Source of the DNA: Flavobacteriales bacterium
GTDB lineage: Bacteria > Bacteroidota > Bacteroidia > Flavobacteriales > JADGDT01
DNA length: 46,557 bases
NCBI GenBank assembly: GCA_023145275.1
Contig: JAGLEB010000055.1
Span: 1-46,557 of the forward strand
Direction of reading: 5' to 3'
Shown here one piece after another: positions 19,264-29,000 of this stretch; within the stretch, counting starts at the first letter, position 1; each line of letters starts with the position of its first letter. The translations under genes were made by a program, and so were the position numbers. Under the pieces are notes generated by a model that did no database searches, was not told the DNA's origin, and saw only the letters and a list, made by a program, of their open reading frames with translations.

Positions 19264-19911
19264 ATGAATGAATTATACACTTTTGGACTTATAGTATTTA
19301 CATCGTTTTTTACATTAATAAATCCTCTTGGAGTAATGCCGATTTTTATGACAATGACTAGTGATTTGTCTGAAAGTGATAGGCGTAAAACTGCTTTAAA
19401 AGCTTCAATAGTTTCTTTCTTCACTTTGGCAATGTTCGCATTTACAGGCCAGATTCTATTTAATTTCTTCGGGATATCAGTAAATGCACTTCGTATAGTT
19501 GGGGGTATTATATTTTTTATGATGGGTCAAGACATGTTGCAAGCTAGATTGACTAGAATAAAACTCGATTCGCAGAAAGAGGTTGATGAGTATGTTGGCG
19601 ATATATCCATTACTCCACTTGCTATACCTATGATTACTGGCCCTGGAGCAATAACAAATGCAATTGTAATGATGGAAGATGCTACAACAATTGAACTAAA
19701 AAGTATACTTATGCTTGGCTTGGGCATTGTCATGATATTGACTTTTTTGATTCTATTGAGCTCTGGAAGAATTATGAAGGTGTTGGGAGATACTGGTAAT
19801 AAAATTATGATGAGAATAATGGGCTTGATAGTGATGATAATTGCAGTTGAATTTTTCTTATCTGGGTTTAAACCAATTTTTATTGATTTAATGAAAGAGG
19901 TGCTGAAATAA
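19264..19911 (+). CDS. MarC family (UPF0056) integral membrane protein
   Basis: Six predicted TM segments. INPLGVMPIFMTMT and ITPLAIPMITGPGAIT motifs. Confidence 0.85.
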   Translation: MNELYTFGLIVFTSFFTLINPLGVMPIFMTMTSDLSESDRRKTALKASIVSFFTLAMFAFTGQILFNFFGISVNALRIVGGIIFFMMGQDMLQARLTRIKLDSQKEVDEYVGDISITPLAIPMITGPGAITNAIVMMEDATTIELKSILMLGLGIVMILTFLILLSSGRIMKVLGDTGNKIMMRIMGLIVMIIAVEFFLSGFKPIFIDLMKEVLK

Positions 19912-19917
19912 AGAATC

Positions 19918-19950
19918 TATTAAATTACAATTTACATAGAATAAAAATGG
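19918..19950 (+). repeat. Direct repeat, left copy (ATTAAAT-TACAATTTACATAGAATAAA)
   Basis: The 13-mer TACAATTTACATA (19926-19938) recurs at 20866-20878 with similar flanks. Confidence 0.55.
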
Positions 19951-19952
19951 AT

Positions 19953-20247
19953 CTATGTCGAATATAGTGGGTGACAAAAATCTTATGGGACGTCGGCGTC
20001 ATTCTGAGGCGTAAGTTTTTTTCTAAAAACCCCAATGAGCTAATGACGATTTGAATCTCGCAAAGTCGCTAAGGCGCTAAGTAAAATACGCATTGCGACT
20101 CTGCGACTTTGAGAGATAAACACAAAGTCGTCATGGGTAACGAAGCTTGCGAAATAAGCGAAGCGATTGGCAAATGCTGAATCTTCGATTTCACGATCAC
20201 TAATTAACAATGTCTCATTTTATACTACCCACTACAAACGACATAGC
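19953..20247. mobile_element. MITE-like 295-bp element with ~20-bp terminal inverted repeats and nested internal inverted repeats
   Basis: The left end CTATGTCGAATATAGTGGGT and the reverse complement of the right end CTATGTCGTTTGTAGTGGGT match at 17 of 20 positions. An internal inverted repeat ATCTCGCAAAGTCGC (20055-20069) / GCGACTTTGAGAGAT (20103-20117) is present. No ORF. Confidence 0.5.
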
Positions 20248-20334
20248 CCCATACAACTAAAGCATATTTCTGCTCAAAAAATATACGAAGTGATTCATCA
20301 TCACAACAAAGTACTATTTTTGTTAATTCCTAAT

Positions 20335-20375
20335 AAAAAATAGTTCCGTGCTCATAGCTACGGAACTATATTTTA
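20335..20375 (-). terminator. Hairpin with a T6 run on the minus strand (likely end of the dodecin transcript; weaker on the + strand)
   Basis: TAGTTCCGT...ACGGAACTA, extended by GCT/AGC. Flanked by A6 upstream and TATATTTT downstream on the + strand. Confidence 0.55.
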
Positions 20376-20443
20376 AAGTTGTTAATTTGAAAAACTTCCT
20401 AATCTGTTAGAATAAAGGTTTTGTGGTGCATTTTGATGTCGTT

Positions 20444-20625
20444 CTCCTTTTTTTCTAGATGAGTGCCACTTAGTAATCTACCTATTTCTTATGGTGGCGT
20501 ATAAAAAACTTCAAGGTCGAGTTGATCGAAAATTTAGTAATCAGGAGTTTACTTTTGTAAATGACTGATTACTAAATCAAGATCAGCGAAGAGATTGGTG
20601 TTTTATTATAGATACTAATTATGAA
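20444..20625 (+). repeat. Dispersed intergenic repeat, copy B (next to the dodecin 3' end)
   Basis: Contains a perfect 13-bp stem ATTTAGTAATCAG / CTGATTACTAAAT around GAGTTTAC-TTTT-GTAAA. Confidence 0.7.
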
Positions 20626-20628
20626 TAT

Positions 20629-20841
20629 TTAATTGTCATCCATAGTAAAACCTAATTTTATAGTTACCTGCCATTGAAATACATCACCATCTTTTAAAGA
20701 TCCTCTTGTTTCTACGACTTCGAACCACCTAAGGTGGTGAGTTGTTTTCGCAGCTCTAGAAATTGCATTTTTTATAGCGTCATCGCTCGAAATTGTTGAT
20801 GTACCAATGATTTCTACTTTTTTGTATACGTGATTGTCCAT
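20629..20841 (-). CDS. Dodecin family (flavin-binding) protein
   Basis: 70 aa. YKKVEIIGTS..S.DDAIKNAI.RA.KT...LRWFEV.E.RG......V..WQVT.K.GF matches the dodecin pattern. Confidence 0.8.
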   Translation of the reverse strand: MDNHVYKKVEIIGTSTISSDDAIKNAISRAAKTTHHLRWFEVVETRGSLKDGDVFQWQVTIKLGFTMDDN

Positions 20842-20857
20842 AGCTTTTTTTTTAAAA

Positions 20858-20888
20858 ATTAATACTACAATTTACATAAAATAAATGA
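20858..20888 (+). repeat. Direct repeat, right copy
   Basis: See the left copy. The two copies are 940 bp apart and bracket the MITE-like element, repeat copy B and the dodecin gene. Confidence 0.55.
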
Positions 20889-21096
20889 CATTATCAATGT
20901 AACACGTTGATTATTAATGATTGAGGTGTTGTTTTGTTGTGATAATGTTTCTTTTTGACAATTAAGGCAAATTGTATGAATAGTGTCTAAGCATTATTTG
21001 GATTAATTATCTTTTAGTGTTCTATGTTGAGGGATAATTATTGTATGTTTGAATACATTATATAGTGAAACAAATCTTCTATTTTTTATCTGAAAT

Positions 21097-22236
21097 ATGA
21101 AAACTGAACAATTTATTATTAGAGCTAAAGACAATGAAATTAAAGAATTTTCATTCAACCCTGATTTGATTCTATTATTTGTCTCTTCTTCATTTAAAAA
21201 CATTGATTCTTTGAAGATCTTTAGAAAAAGATATCCTGATTCTGTAATAACTGGCTGTTCTACTTCTGGTGAAGTAGAAGATATTAATGTACATGATCAC
21301 AGTGTTGTTGCTACTGCTGTTAAATTTGATAAAGCAAGGGTTGAGTACAATGAAGTTTATATAGCGTCAAAAGATAAAAGTAGACATTCTGGAACAGAAC
21401 TTGTTGAGAAGTTTGAGCAAGAAGGTTTAAAACACTTGTTTGTGTTATCTGAAGGACTGAATGTTAATGGCTCGTATTTAGTTGATGGACTTAGGCATCA
21501 AAGTAATCAGAAGTATTCCATAACAGGTGGTTTCTCTAGTGATGGAACAAGGTTTGAAGAAACATTTGTAATTACGGATGAACTTGAATTTCGAACTGGA
21601 ATGGTTGTCGGAGTTGGGTTCTATGGAGATGATTTGAAGGTTGGTTATGGAGCCCTAGGTGGTTGGGATAGTTTTGGTGTTGATAGAATTATTACAAAGG
21701 CAAAAGGTAATGTTCTCTATGAAATTGATGGAGAACCAGTACTCGATTTGTATAAAAATTTCCTTGGCGATCAGGCAAAAAACCTTCCAGCATCAGGGAT
21801 GTTATTTCCACTGAGTTTGCGATTAAAAGCTAATAATAGGCCTGTTGTTAGAACGGTGATTTCATATAGCGAGAAAGATAAATCGCTCACTTTCGGTGGA
21901 AATGTACAGGAAGGAGCCATTGTTAGGTTGATGAAAGCTAATATGGATAGGTTGATTAATGCTGCTGAAGGGGCTGCCGAATTGAGTATTGAAGAAATAG
22001 GTAATACACATACCGATTTTGCAATAATAATAAGTAGCGTTGGAAGAAGAATGGTATTAAACCAATTAATTGAAGAAGAGGTTGAAGCTGTTAGAGATGT
22101 GATTGGGGAGGATGCAATTATGACAGGGTTTTATTCTTATGGCGAAATTTCACCTTATATTTCCGGTACAAAATGCGAACTTCATAATCAAACTATGTCA
22201 CTTACAACATTTTCAGAGTCCAATATTGATGATTAA
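21097..22236 (+). CDS. Stand-alone FIST (FIST_N + FIST_C) sensory domain protein
   Basis: PDLILLFVS...ITGCSTSGEV (FIST_N-like) and GFYSYGEISP (FIST_C-like). No output domain. Confidence 0.8.
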   Translation: MKTEQFIIRAKDNEIKEFSFNPDLILLFVSSSFKNIDSLKIFRKRYPDSVITGCSTSGEVEDINVHDHSVVATAVKFDKARVEYNEVYIASKDKSRHSGTELVEKFEQEGLKHLFVLSEGLNVNGSYLVDGLRHQSNQKYSITGGFSSDGTRFEETFVITDELEFRTGMVVGVGFYGDDLKVGYGALGGWDSFGVDRIITKAKGNVLYEIDGEPVLDLYKNFLGDQAKNLPASGMLFPLSLRLKANNRPVVRTVISYSEKDKSLTFGGNVQEGAIVRLMKANMDRLINAAEGAAELSIEEIGNTHTDFAIIISSVGRRMVLNQLIEEEVEAVRDVIGEDAIMTGFYSYGEISPYISGTKCELHNQTMSLTTFSESNIDD

Positions 22237-22256
22237 TTAGAAAATAATATAAAAAA

Positions 22257-22290
22257 ATAGGCTGCATCAAGTAATTGTTGCAGCCTATTT
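22257..22290. terminator. Bidirectional terminator between convergent FIST gene and rho
   Basis: ATAGGCTGCA (22257-22266) pairs with TGCAGCCTAT (22279-22288). Flanked by A7 and TTT. Confidence 0.8.
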
Positions 22291-22310
22291 ATGTTTATAA
22301 TAATCAAATT

Positions 22311-24062
22311 CTAGTCATTCATAGAAATTAAGAATTCTTCGTTATTTCTTGTTCTCTCAATTTTACCCTTTAAATTTTCCATAGCTTCAAGAGGAGTTGC
22401 ATCAGCAAGATAGTTGCGCAATACCCACATATGTTGAAGTGTTTTTGAATCGAGTAATAAGTCGTCTCTACGTGTGCTAGAAGAGATAAGGTCGATAGCG
22501 GGGAATATACGTCTGTTAGATATTTTTCTATCCAACTGAAGTTCCATATTACCTGTACCTTTAAATTCTTCAAAAATAACTTCGTCCATTTTTGAACCTG
22601 TATCTACAAGAGCAGTTGCAATAATTGAAAGCGAACCGCCATTTTCTATATTTCGAGCTGCACCAAAGAACCTTTTTGGCTTATGTAGGGCATTCGCATC
22701 TATACCACCCGAAAGAACTTTACCCGAGGCAGGAGAAACAGTATTGTAAGCTCTTGCTAAACGTGTTAATGAATCAAGTAGAATAACTACATCATGGCCT
22801 GATTCAACCATTCTTTTAGCTTTCTCCAAAACTATATTAGCAACCTTCACATGTCGTTCAGCAGGCTCATCAAATGTAGAAGCAACAACTTCTCCATTAA
22901 CACTTCTCTGCATATCTGTAACTTCCTCAGGGCGTTCATCTATAAGAAGTATCATTAGATAAACTTCAGGATGATTTGCCGCAATAGCATTTGCAACTTC
23001 TTTTAAAAGTACAGTTTTACCAGTTTTAGGCTGGGCAACAATCATACCTCTCTGACCTTTCCCTAAAGGAGAGAACAAATCAATAATTCTTGTAGAAATT
23101 GTACTCTTCTTTTCAGCTAATTTAAATTTCTCATTAGGAAATAGTGGAGTTAAATGTTCGAAAGATACCCTGTCTCTGATGAAATCAGGCTCACGGCCAT
23201 TAATTTTTTCAACCTTTACAAGTGGAAAGTATTTTTCACCTTCTTTAGGAGGTCTAACATTTCCTCTAACAGTATCTCCCGTTTTTAATCCAAATAACCT
23301 TATTTGTGATTGTGAAACGTAAATATCATCTGGAGAAGATAAATAATTGTAGTCTGAAGAACGTAAGAATCCATATCCATCTTGCATAATCTCTAAAACA
23401 CCCTCACTGGTAATGATGCCTTCAAATTCGTGCTCAGGAGACTTAAATCTACTCTTCTTATTTTGATTGTCGTTTTGCTGTTTTCTAGCTTGAGGTGCAG
23501 GTCTGCGATCTTTATCCTTATTGTTGTCTACTCTTTTATTAGGCTGATTATTGTCGCGTTTATCGTTGTTTCCTCTTGGATTAGATTCTTTTCTTTGATT
23601 CTCGCGTGCATTGTTTTTCGGATCTTCTCTTCCTTCTCTTCTCAAAACCTCAGCTCTAGGAGTAGGTCTATGAGGTTTTTTATTCTCTTGGGGTTTAGGC
23701 TCTATATTTTTCTCAGCAAGCTTTGGTGCTTCTGTTTGTTTTACTTCTGCATTATCAATACTGGCAGCTTTTTCTATCTTTTTAGGTGAAATATTTTCAT
23801 CTTTAGAAATAGGAGCAATATTTTCTGTTCTTGCTTTGTGAACTTTTTTTACTGGAGGCTTATTTTCTTCTGCTTTAGGAGCTGTTTCTTTAATTTCTGT
23901 ATTAGAAACCTTAATGTCTTTTGGATTATCAGCTTGGAAGTCAAGTACTTTGTAGACTAACTCTAGTTTTTTGAGTTGACTGATTTTCTTAATATTTAAT
24001 TGTTTTGCAATAACTTGCAATTCAGAAAGCTTCTTCTGCTTGAGCTCTTCAATACTAAACAT
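22311..24062 (-). CDS. rho: Transcription termination factor Rho with a long low-complexity N-terminal insertion
   Basis: Rho_N ([13 protein letters not shown]), the RNA-binding OB fold ([15 protein letters not shown]) and P-loop PKTGKT. About 170 aa rich in K/E/N/P/R/Q lie between Rho_N and the OB domain. Confidence 0.95.
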   Translation of the reverse strand: MFSIEELKQKKLSELQVIAKQLNIKKISQLKKLELVYKVLDFQADNPKDIKVSNTEIKETAPKAEENKPPVKKVHKARTENIAPISKDENISPKKIEKAASIDNAEVKQTEAPKLAEKNIEPKPQENKKPHRPTPRAEVLRREGREDPKNNARENQRKESNPRGNNDKRDNNQPNKRVDNNKDKDRRPAPQARKQQNDNQNKKSRFKSPEHEFEGIITSEGVLEIMQDGYGFLRSSDYNYLSSPDDIYVSQSQIRLFGLKTGDTVRGNVRPPKEGEKYFPLVKVEKINGREPDFIRDRVSFEHLTPLFPNEKFKLAEKKSTISTRIIDLFSPLGKGQRGMIVAQPKTGKTVLLKEVANAIAANHPEVYLMILLIDERPEEVTDMQRSVNGEVVASTFDEPAERHVKVANIVLEKAKRMVESGHDVVILLDSLTRLARAYNTVSPASGKVLSGGIDANALHKPKRFFGAARNIENGGSLSIIATALVDTGSKMDEVIFEEFKGTGNMELQLDRKISNRRIFPAIDLISSSTRRDDLLLDSKTLQHMWVLRNYLADATPLEAMENLKGKIERTRNNEEFLISMND

Positions 24063-24246
24063 TTGTTATTTGAATTTAATTGTGTTTTTGATCTTAACAA
24101 AAATTGAAAGATGATATTTGAATACTTTTGAATGTATCGCGAATTGATGACAGTTTACACTATTCCATGTGTAATTTAATCCACTGTCGATGCAATAATA
24201 CGACTTAATTTCAATATATACTGTATAAAGATATGAAATAATGTGT

Positions 24247-24254
24247 TATTTTTG
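24247..24254 (+). promoter_or_regulatory. -7 box TAttTTTG (DUF4293 gene)
   Basis: 29 nt upstream of ATG 24284. Confidence 0.5.
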
Positions 24255-24283
24255 CATTTCAGAATTAGAAAAAAACAAAAAAA

Positions 24284-24694
24284 ATGATTCAAAGAATTCA
24301 GTCAGTATATCTATTGATAGTTATAATTTTAGGAGGTTTAGGTCTCTATTTACCAATTTGGCATAATGCAGAAAATATTACGGTAAAAGGTTTTGAGAAT
24401 ATCTATATTTTAGTTTTATTTGCATTAGAGATAGTTCTAGCACTTGCGACAATATTCCTGTTTTCTAATAGGAAATTACAATTTGTGCTTGGACGTATTA
24501 ATATTTTGATCAACATCTTACTGTTGGGTGTTTTTGTATATTTTACACAAAGTTTTTCCGGAGAGGCTATTGTAGCTTCTGAGAAGGAAATTGGGCTTGT
24601 TATACCTTTTGTTTCTATAGTATTTTTGTTTTTGGCAAATAAAGCTATAAAAAAGGATGAAGAGCTCGTGAAATCGGTGGATAGATTACGCTAA
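24284..24694 (+). CDS. DUF4293 family membrane protein
   Basis: MIQRIQSVYLLI start and four TM helices. This family is usually found next to rho in Bacteroidota. Confidence 0.7.
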   Translation: MIQRIQSVYLLIVIILGGLGLYLPIWHNAENITVKGFENIYILVLFALEIVLALATIFLFSNRKLQFVLGRINILINILLLGVFVYFTQSFSGEAIVASEKEIGLVIPFVSIVFLFLANKAIKKDEELVKSVDRLR

Positions 24695-24728
24695 CACAAC
24701 TAGACAGCTTAGTTAATATATATGCGCT

Positions 24729-24758
24729 AGAAGAGTTCCAAGAAATTGGGACTCTTCT
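24729..24758. terminator. Hairpin between convergent DUF4293 gene and tsaD
   Basis: AGAAGAGT...ACTCTTCT arms with no strong T-tract. Confidence 0.4.
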
Positions 24759-24858
24759 TGCGTTATATAGGTTTTGCTCTATCTACTGTATAATACCAAT
24801 TAGATATTGAAATGACCTTTTGAGTATTGAAGAGCTTTCAGATTTAAAGGTGTAAGAG

Positions 24859-25896
24859 TTATAATCTATATCTAGCCTGTGCAGTTACCGAGATGTCACT
24901 AAAGATTTTTTCTTTATATTTTAAATATCCTACAATTGCAATCATTGCTGCATTATCAGTTGTGAATTCAAATTTTGGAATATGAGATTTCCATTGCCAA
25001 TCTTTTTCAGCCCTTCTAAAACGCTCTCTAATCTCGCTATTTGCAGAAACTCCACCAGCAATAGCAACCTCTTTTATCCCCGTATTTTTTACAGCATTTT
25101 TTAGTTTATCCATTAAAATCTCTGCGATAGTAAATTGTATCGATGCACACAAGTCATATAAATTCTCCTTTACAAAGTCAGGGTTTTCCTTTTCCTGTTT
25201 CTGAATAAAATAAAGAATATTTGTTTTTAGACCGCTAAAACTAAAGTTATAGGCATCAACTCGAGGTTTTGTGAATTTAAATGCTTTCGGATTACCCATT
25301 TTAGCATACTTGTCAATTAATGGTCCTCCAGGGTAGGGAAGTCCAAGAATTTTAGCACTTTTATCAAAAGCTTCTCCAGCAGCATCATCTATAGTCTCGC
25401 CAAGTACCTCCATCTCAAAATAATTAGAAACTTTCACAATCTGTGTGTGACCTCCAGAAATAACCAAGGTTAAAAATGGAAATTCGGGATTTGTCATATC
25501 TCCATCTTGAATAAAGTTTGCCAATATGTGGCCTTGCATATGATTAACCTCGATTAATGGAATGTCTAAAGACATGGATAGTGACTTTGCAAATGACGTT
25601 CCTACTAACAGCGAGCCCATTAAACCAGGACCTCTAGTAAATGCAATAGCACTAATAGCTGACTTTTTAATTCCCGATTTCTTTATTGCCGCATCTACAA
25701 CAGGTATGATGTTCTGTTGATGAGCCCTAGAAGCTAGCTCAGGTACAACACCTCCATATTCTTCATGGATTTTTTGTGTAGCTACAATGTTTGAAAGAAT
25801 CTTCCCGTTATGTATGATAGAGGCACTCGTGTCGTCACAAGAAGTCTCAATACCAAGTATATAAATATCGTCCAATTTAGTATTAATTTTTGGCAC
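24859..25896 (-). CDS. tsaD: tRNA N6-adenosine threonylcarbamoyltransferase TsaD
   Basis: ILGIETSCDDTSASI, GGVVPELASRAH, HMQGH and VAIAGGVSAN motifs. The start is uncertain: the track uses TTG 25962, and in-frame GVG 25896 or TTG 25875 would give a more typical N-terminus. Confidence 0.9.
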   Translation of the reverse strand: MPKINTKLDDIYILGIETSCDDTSASIIHNGKILSNIVATQKIHEEYGGVVPELASRAHQQNIIPVVDAAIKKSGIKKSAISAIAFTRGPGLMGSLLVGTSFAKSLSMSLDIPLIEVNHMQGHILANFIQDGDMTNPEFPFLTLVISGGHTQIVKVSNYFEMEVLGETIDDAAGEAFDKSAKILGLPYPGGPLIDKYAKMGNPKAFKFTKPRVDAYNFSFSGLKTNILYFIQKQEKENPDFVKENLYDLCASIQFTIAEILMDKLKNAVKNTGIKEVAIAGGVSANSEIRERFRRAEKDWQWKSHIPKFEFTTDNAAMIAIVGYLKYKEKIFSDISVTAQARYRL

Positions 25897-26022
25897 AAAA
25901 TATGTGCAGTTAAGTTGATAAAATATAATTTCGACTGTTATACATTTATTGACAAAGATCAAAGTGAAATGCGATAGATTGTCAAGTAAATCTAGTATCT
26001 TGCTCGGTCTAATTGCAAATTA

Positions 26023-29000
26023 ATAAAAAAGATTACTATCAAAAGATTTAGAGAAATAATACTACGTATATCGCTTGTTGTTTTAGCGATATTTCTACTG
26101 ATATCTTTTGTATTAAGTTTATCTCCTGTCCAAACAAGAATCGCAAGTTTTATCACTACAAAAGTAAACAAAACTTATGGTACTCACATGTCTATTTCGA
26201 AAGTTGACTTATCTGTTTTTGGGAAAGTTAATTTTGAAGGATTGTCTTTGCTTGATTATAAGCTAGATACGATGCTAGATGTGTCGAGTTTGAGAGGTAA
26301 TCTCGACAGGCTTGACTTAGTAGGAGGAATAGTTAAAGTAGATGATTTATTTTTGATTAACCCATACGTAAGTGTTAAAATTTATGATACAGATACTATT
26401 TCTAATTTCGATATTTTTTTAAATAAGCTAAAAGTTAAAAAGGATACTATTAAAAAAGAAAAAACATTCGATTTTAAATCTGCAGGTATCAACGTTAAAA
26501 ATTTATCATTCAAATATGAAGATCAAAGGGCTAAGCGAAAACAAAAATTCGATATATCAAATTTGGATCTTGTAGTTAATAGTATTCAAGTCAACCCTAC
26601 AGATGTTAGATTTAATATTAACGAATTAAGTTTTTTATTATCTAATGGCTTTAATTTAAAGAAGTTTAAGGGCGACTTTACTTATAGTGCAACAAATATA
26701 TTAATTGAAAATATTGAGCTAAAAACTCCAAATTCTAGTATTTATTCTGACTTGAGGATTGATTATCCATCGATAGATCACATTGTGAAAAAATCGCCAG
26801 ATGTAAAACTAGATTTTGAAATAAGATATTCTGAAATTGGCTTAAAGGATATTGGAATGTTCGTCAAGGGTATTGATACCGATGATGAAGTTAAGGTATC
26901 AATGAAGGCAAATGGGAATGTTGATAAATTGATTGTTTCAGAAATTAAGCTTAAAACAGCTAACAAAACTGAGTTAGTGGCTAAAATGGACTTGAGGAAT
27001 ATTTTGTCGAGGGATAATTTTACATATTTCTTAGATATTTATAAGCTCAGCTCAAATTATGGAGATCTAATAGATTTACTTCCCCCAAAGATTGAAAAAA
27101 GTGTGCCTAGCATTATTGAAAAGCTGGGTAATTTCGACTTGACCGGTAAAACTACTTTTAAATATAAGCAAATCAAAACTGACATATTATTTGATTCTGA
27201 GGTAGGGAAACTTTTGAGCCAATTGGAAGTAACTAGCAAAAGTACGATTGAAGAGGCATCGTATAAGGGCGAAATTACTGTAGAGGATTTTGATATGCGT
27301 GAGTTTCTTGAAAATGAACGACTCGGTTTTGCTTCATTATCTGTTAAGGTAGATGGTAGTGGTTTTTCTTTAGAAAAGCTTGATACTTTCATCGAAGGAA
27401 AAGTGACGAGTTTTCATTATAATGGTTATGAATACAATAATATTGAGGTTGATGGAAATGTTAGTAATGAGCTTTTTGTTGGTAATCTAGATATAAAAGA
27501 TGAAAATATAGAACTTTCTTTTAATGGGCTAGTTGATGTAGGGGCTAATATACCAAAGTATAAATTTGATGTATTTATTGATAAGGCTGATCTTGTAAAA
27601 ACGAACATTTTTACAAGAGATAGTATCGCATTTTTAGAGGGAACGGTGAGTATAGATCTTGAAGGGAAAACTGTTGATGATATTGTTGGTAGTATTGAAT
27701 TAGATAATTTCGTTTATCAAAATGAAAATGATTTATATTATTTCGATAGATTTAATATCACTTCAGAAAAGAAAGATCTGTATCATACAATCAGCGTATC
27801 TTCAAGTGATATAGTTGATGGTGAAATTGAAGGTGAATTTTATTTTGGGGATATAATAAATGTATTCGAAAATGCTATTGGAAGTAACTTTAAAAACTAT
27901 GAACCAAAAAAAGTTAGAGGTAATCAAAATCTAGAATTTGATATATCTATAAAAAATAAGATAATAGATATTTTTGTACCTAGTCTTCGGCTTTACTCAG
28001 GTACAAAGATTGTTGGGAGCATAGACTCCGAATCTAATCGTTTAAAACTTAAATTTGACTCCCCAGGAATAAAGCTTAATGATATTAAGGCAGACTCTAT
28101 TACTCTTTGGGTCGACAATCAAAGTGATTTCTTTAATACTTTATTAAAAGTAAAAGAGATTGATAATGGAAAGTATTCAATACATGATCTAAATCTTGCT
28201 TTGGTTAATGACGTGGATTCAATTATGTTAACTGCGAAATTTGTTGGGGGTGACTCTCTTACTGAGAGTTATGATATTAATGCATATCAAACAATGAGCA
28301 AAAGTGATGAACTCGTTTTTGGATTGCTTAATTCTAAGCTGACTATATTAGATCATGATTGGATAATAAACCCAAACAATAACAAAAGGAATAAGTTTAT
28401 TCTTGATACTAAAACAAAGGATTTCAAAATTGACTCTATAAGTATAGCAAGTGGTTTGCAAAAGATACTGTTGGGAGGAATAAAAGAAGGTGAAGATCAA
28501 AAATATTATGTGAATATCGATGATATAGATATTGAAGAGTTCATAAAAGAGAACTCTAAGATTAATCCTAAAGGAAAAGTGAATGCAGATTTAACTATCG
28601 AGTTTTCAGGGAAAACTATTAAGCCAGTGGCAAATATAAAAATAGATAGCTTAATGTTGGATTCTCATTTTATGGGAGACTTAAAAGTTGGAATGCAGAG
28701 TGATGAGGATAATGGAGTGTATAAAACATCTGTTCTCTTGTATAGGCACGACATAGAAACTTTAAATGCAGATGGGATTGTTGACCTATCTAGAGAAATA
28801 CCTAGTTTAGATATAGATGTGAATTTAGATAAATTGAAGCTAGATTTTATTAATGTTTTTACAAAGAAGCTGTTTAGTGATATTGGTGGCTATGCTTCAG
28901 GAGATGTTAATGTTTCAGGTCCATTAAAAAACCCTGATTTGAATGGCTTTTTAGATATGAAACGTGTGAGTATTGGAGTTGATTATCTCGGAGTAGGGTT

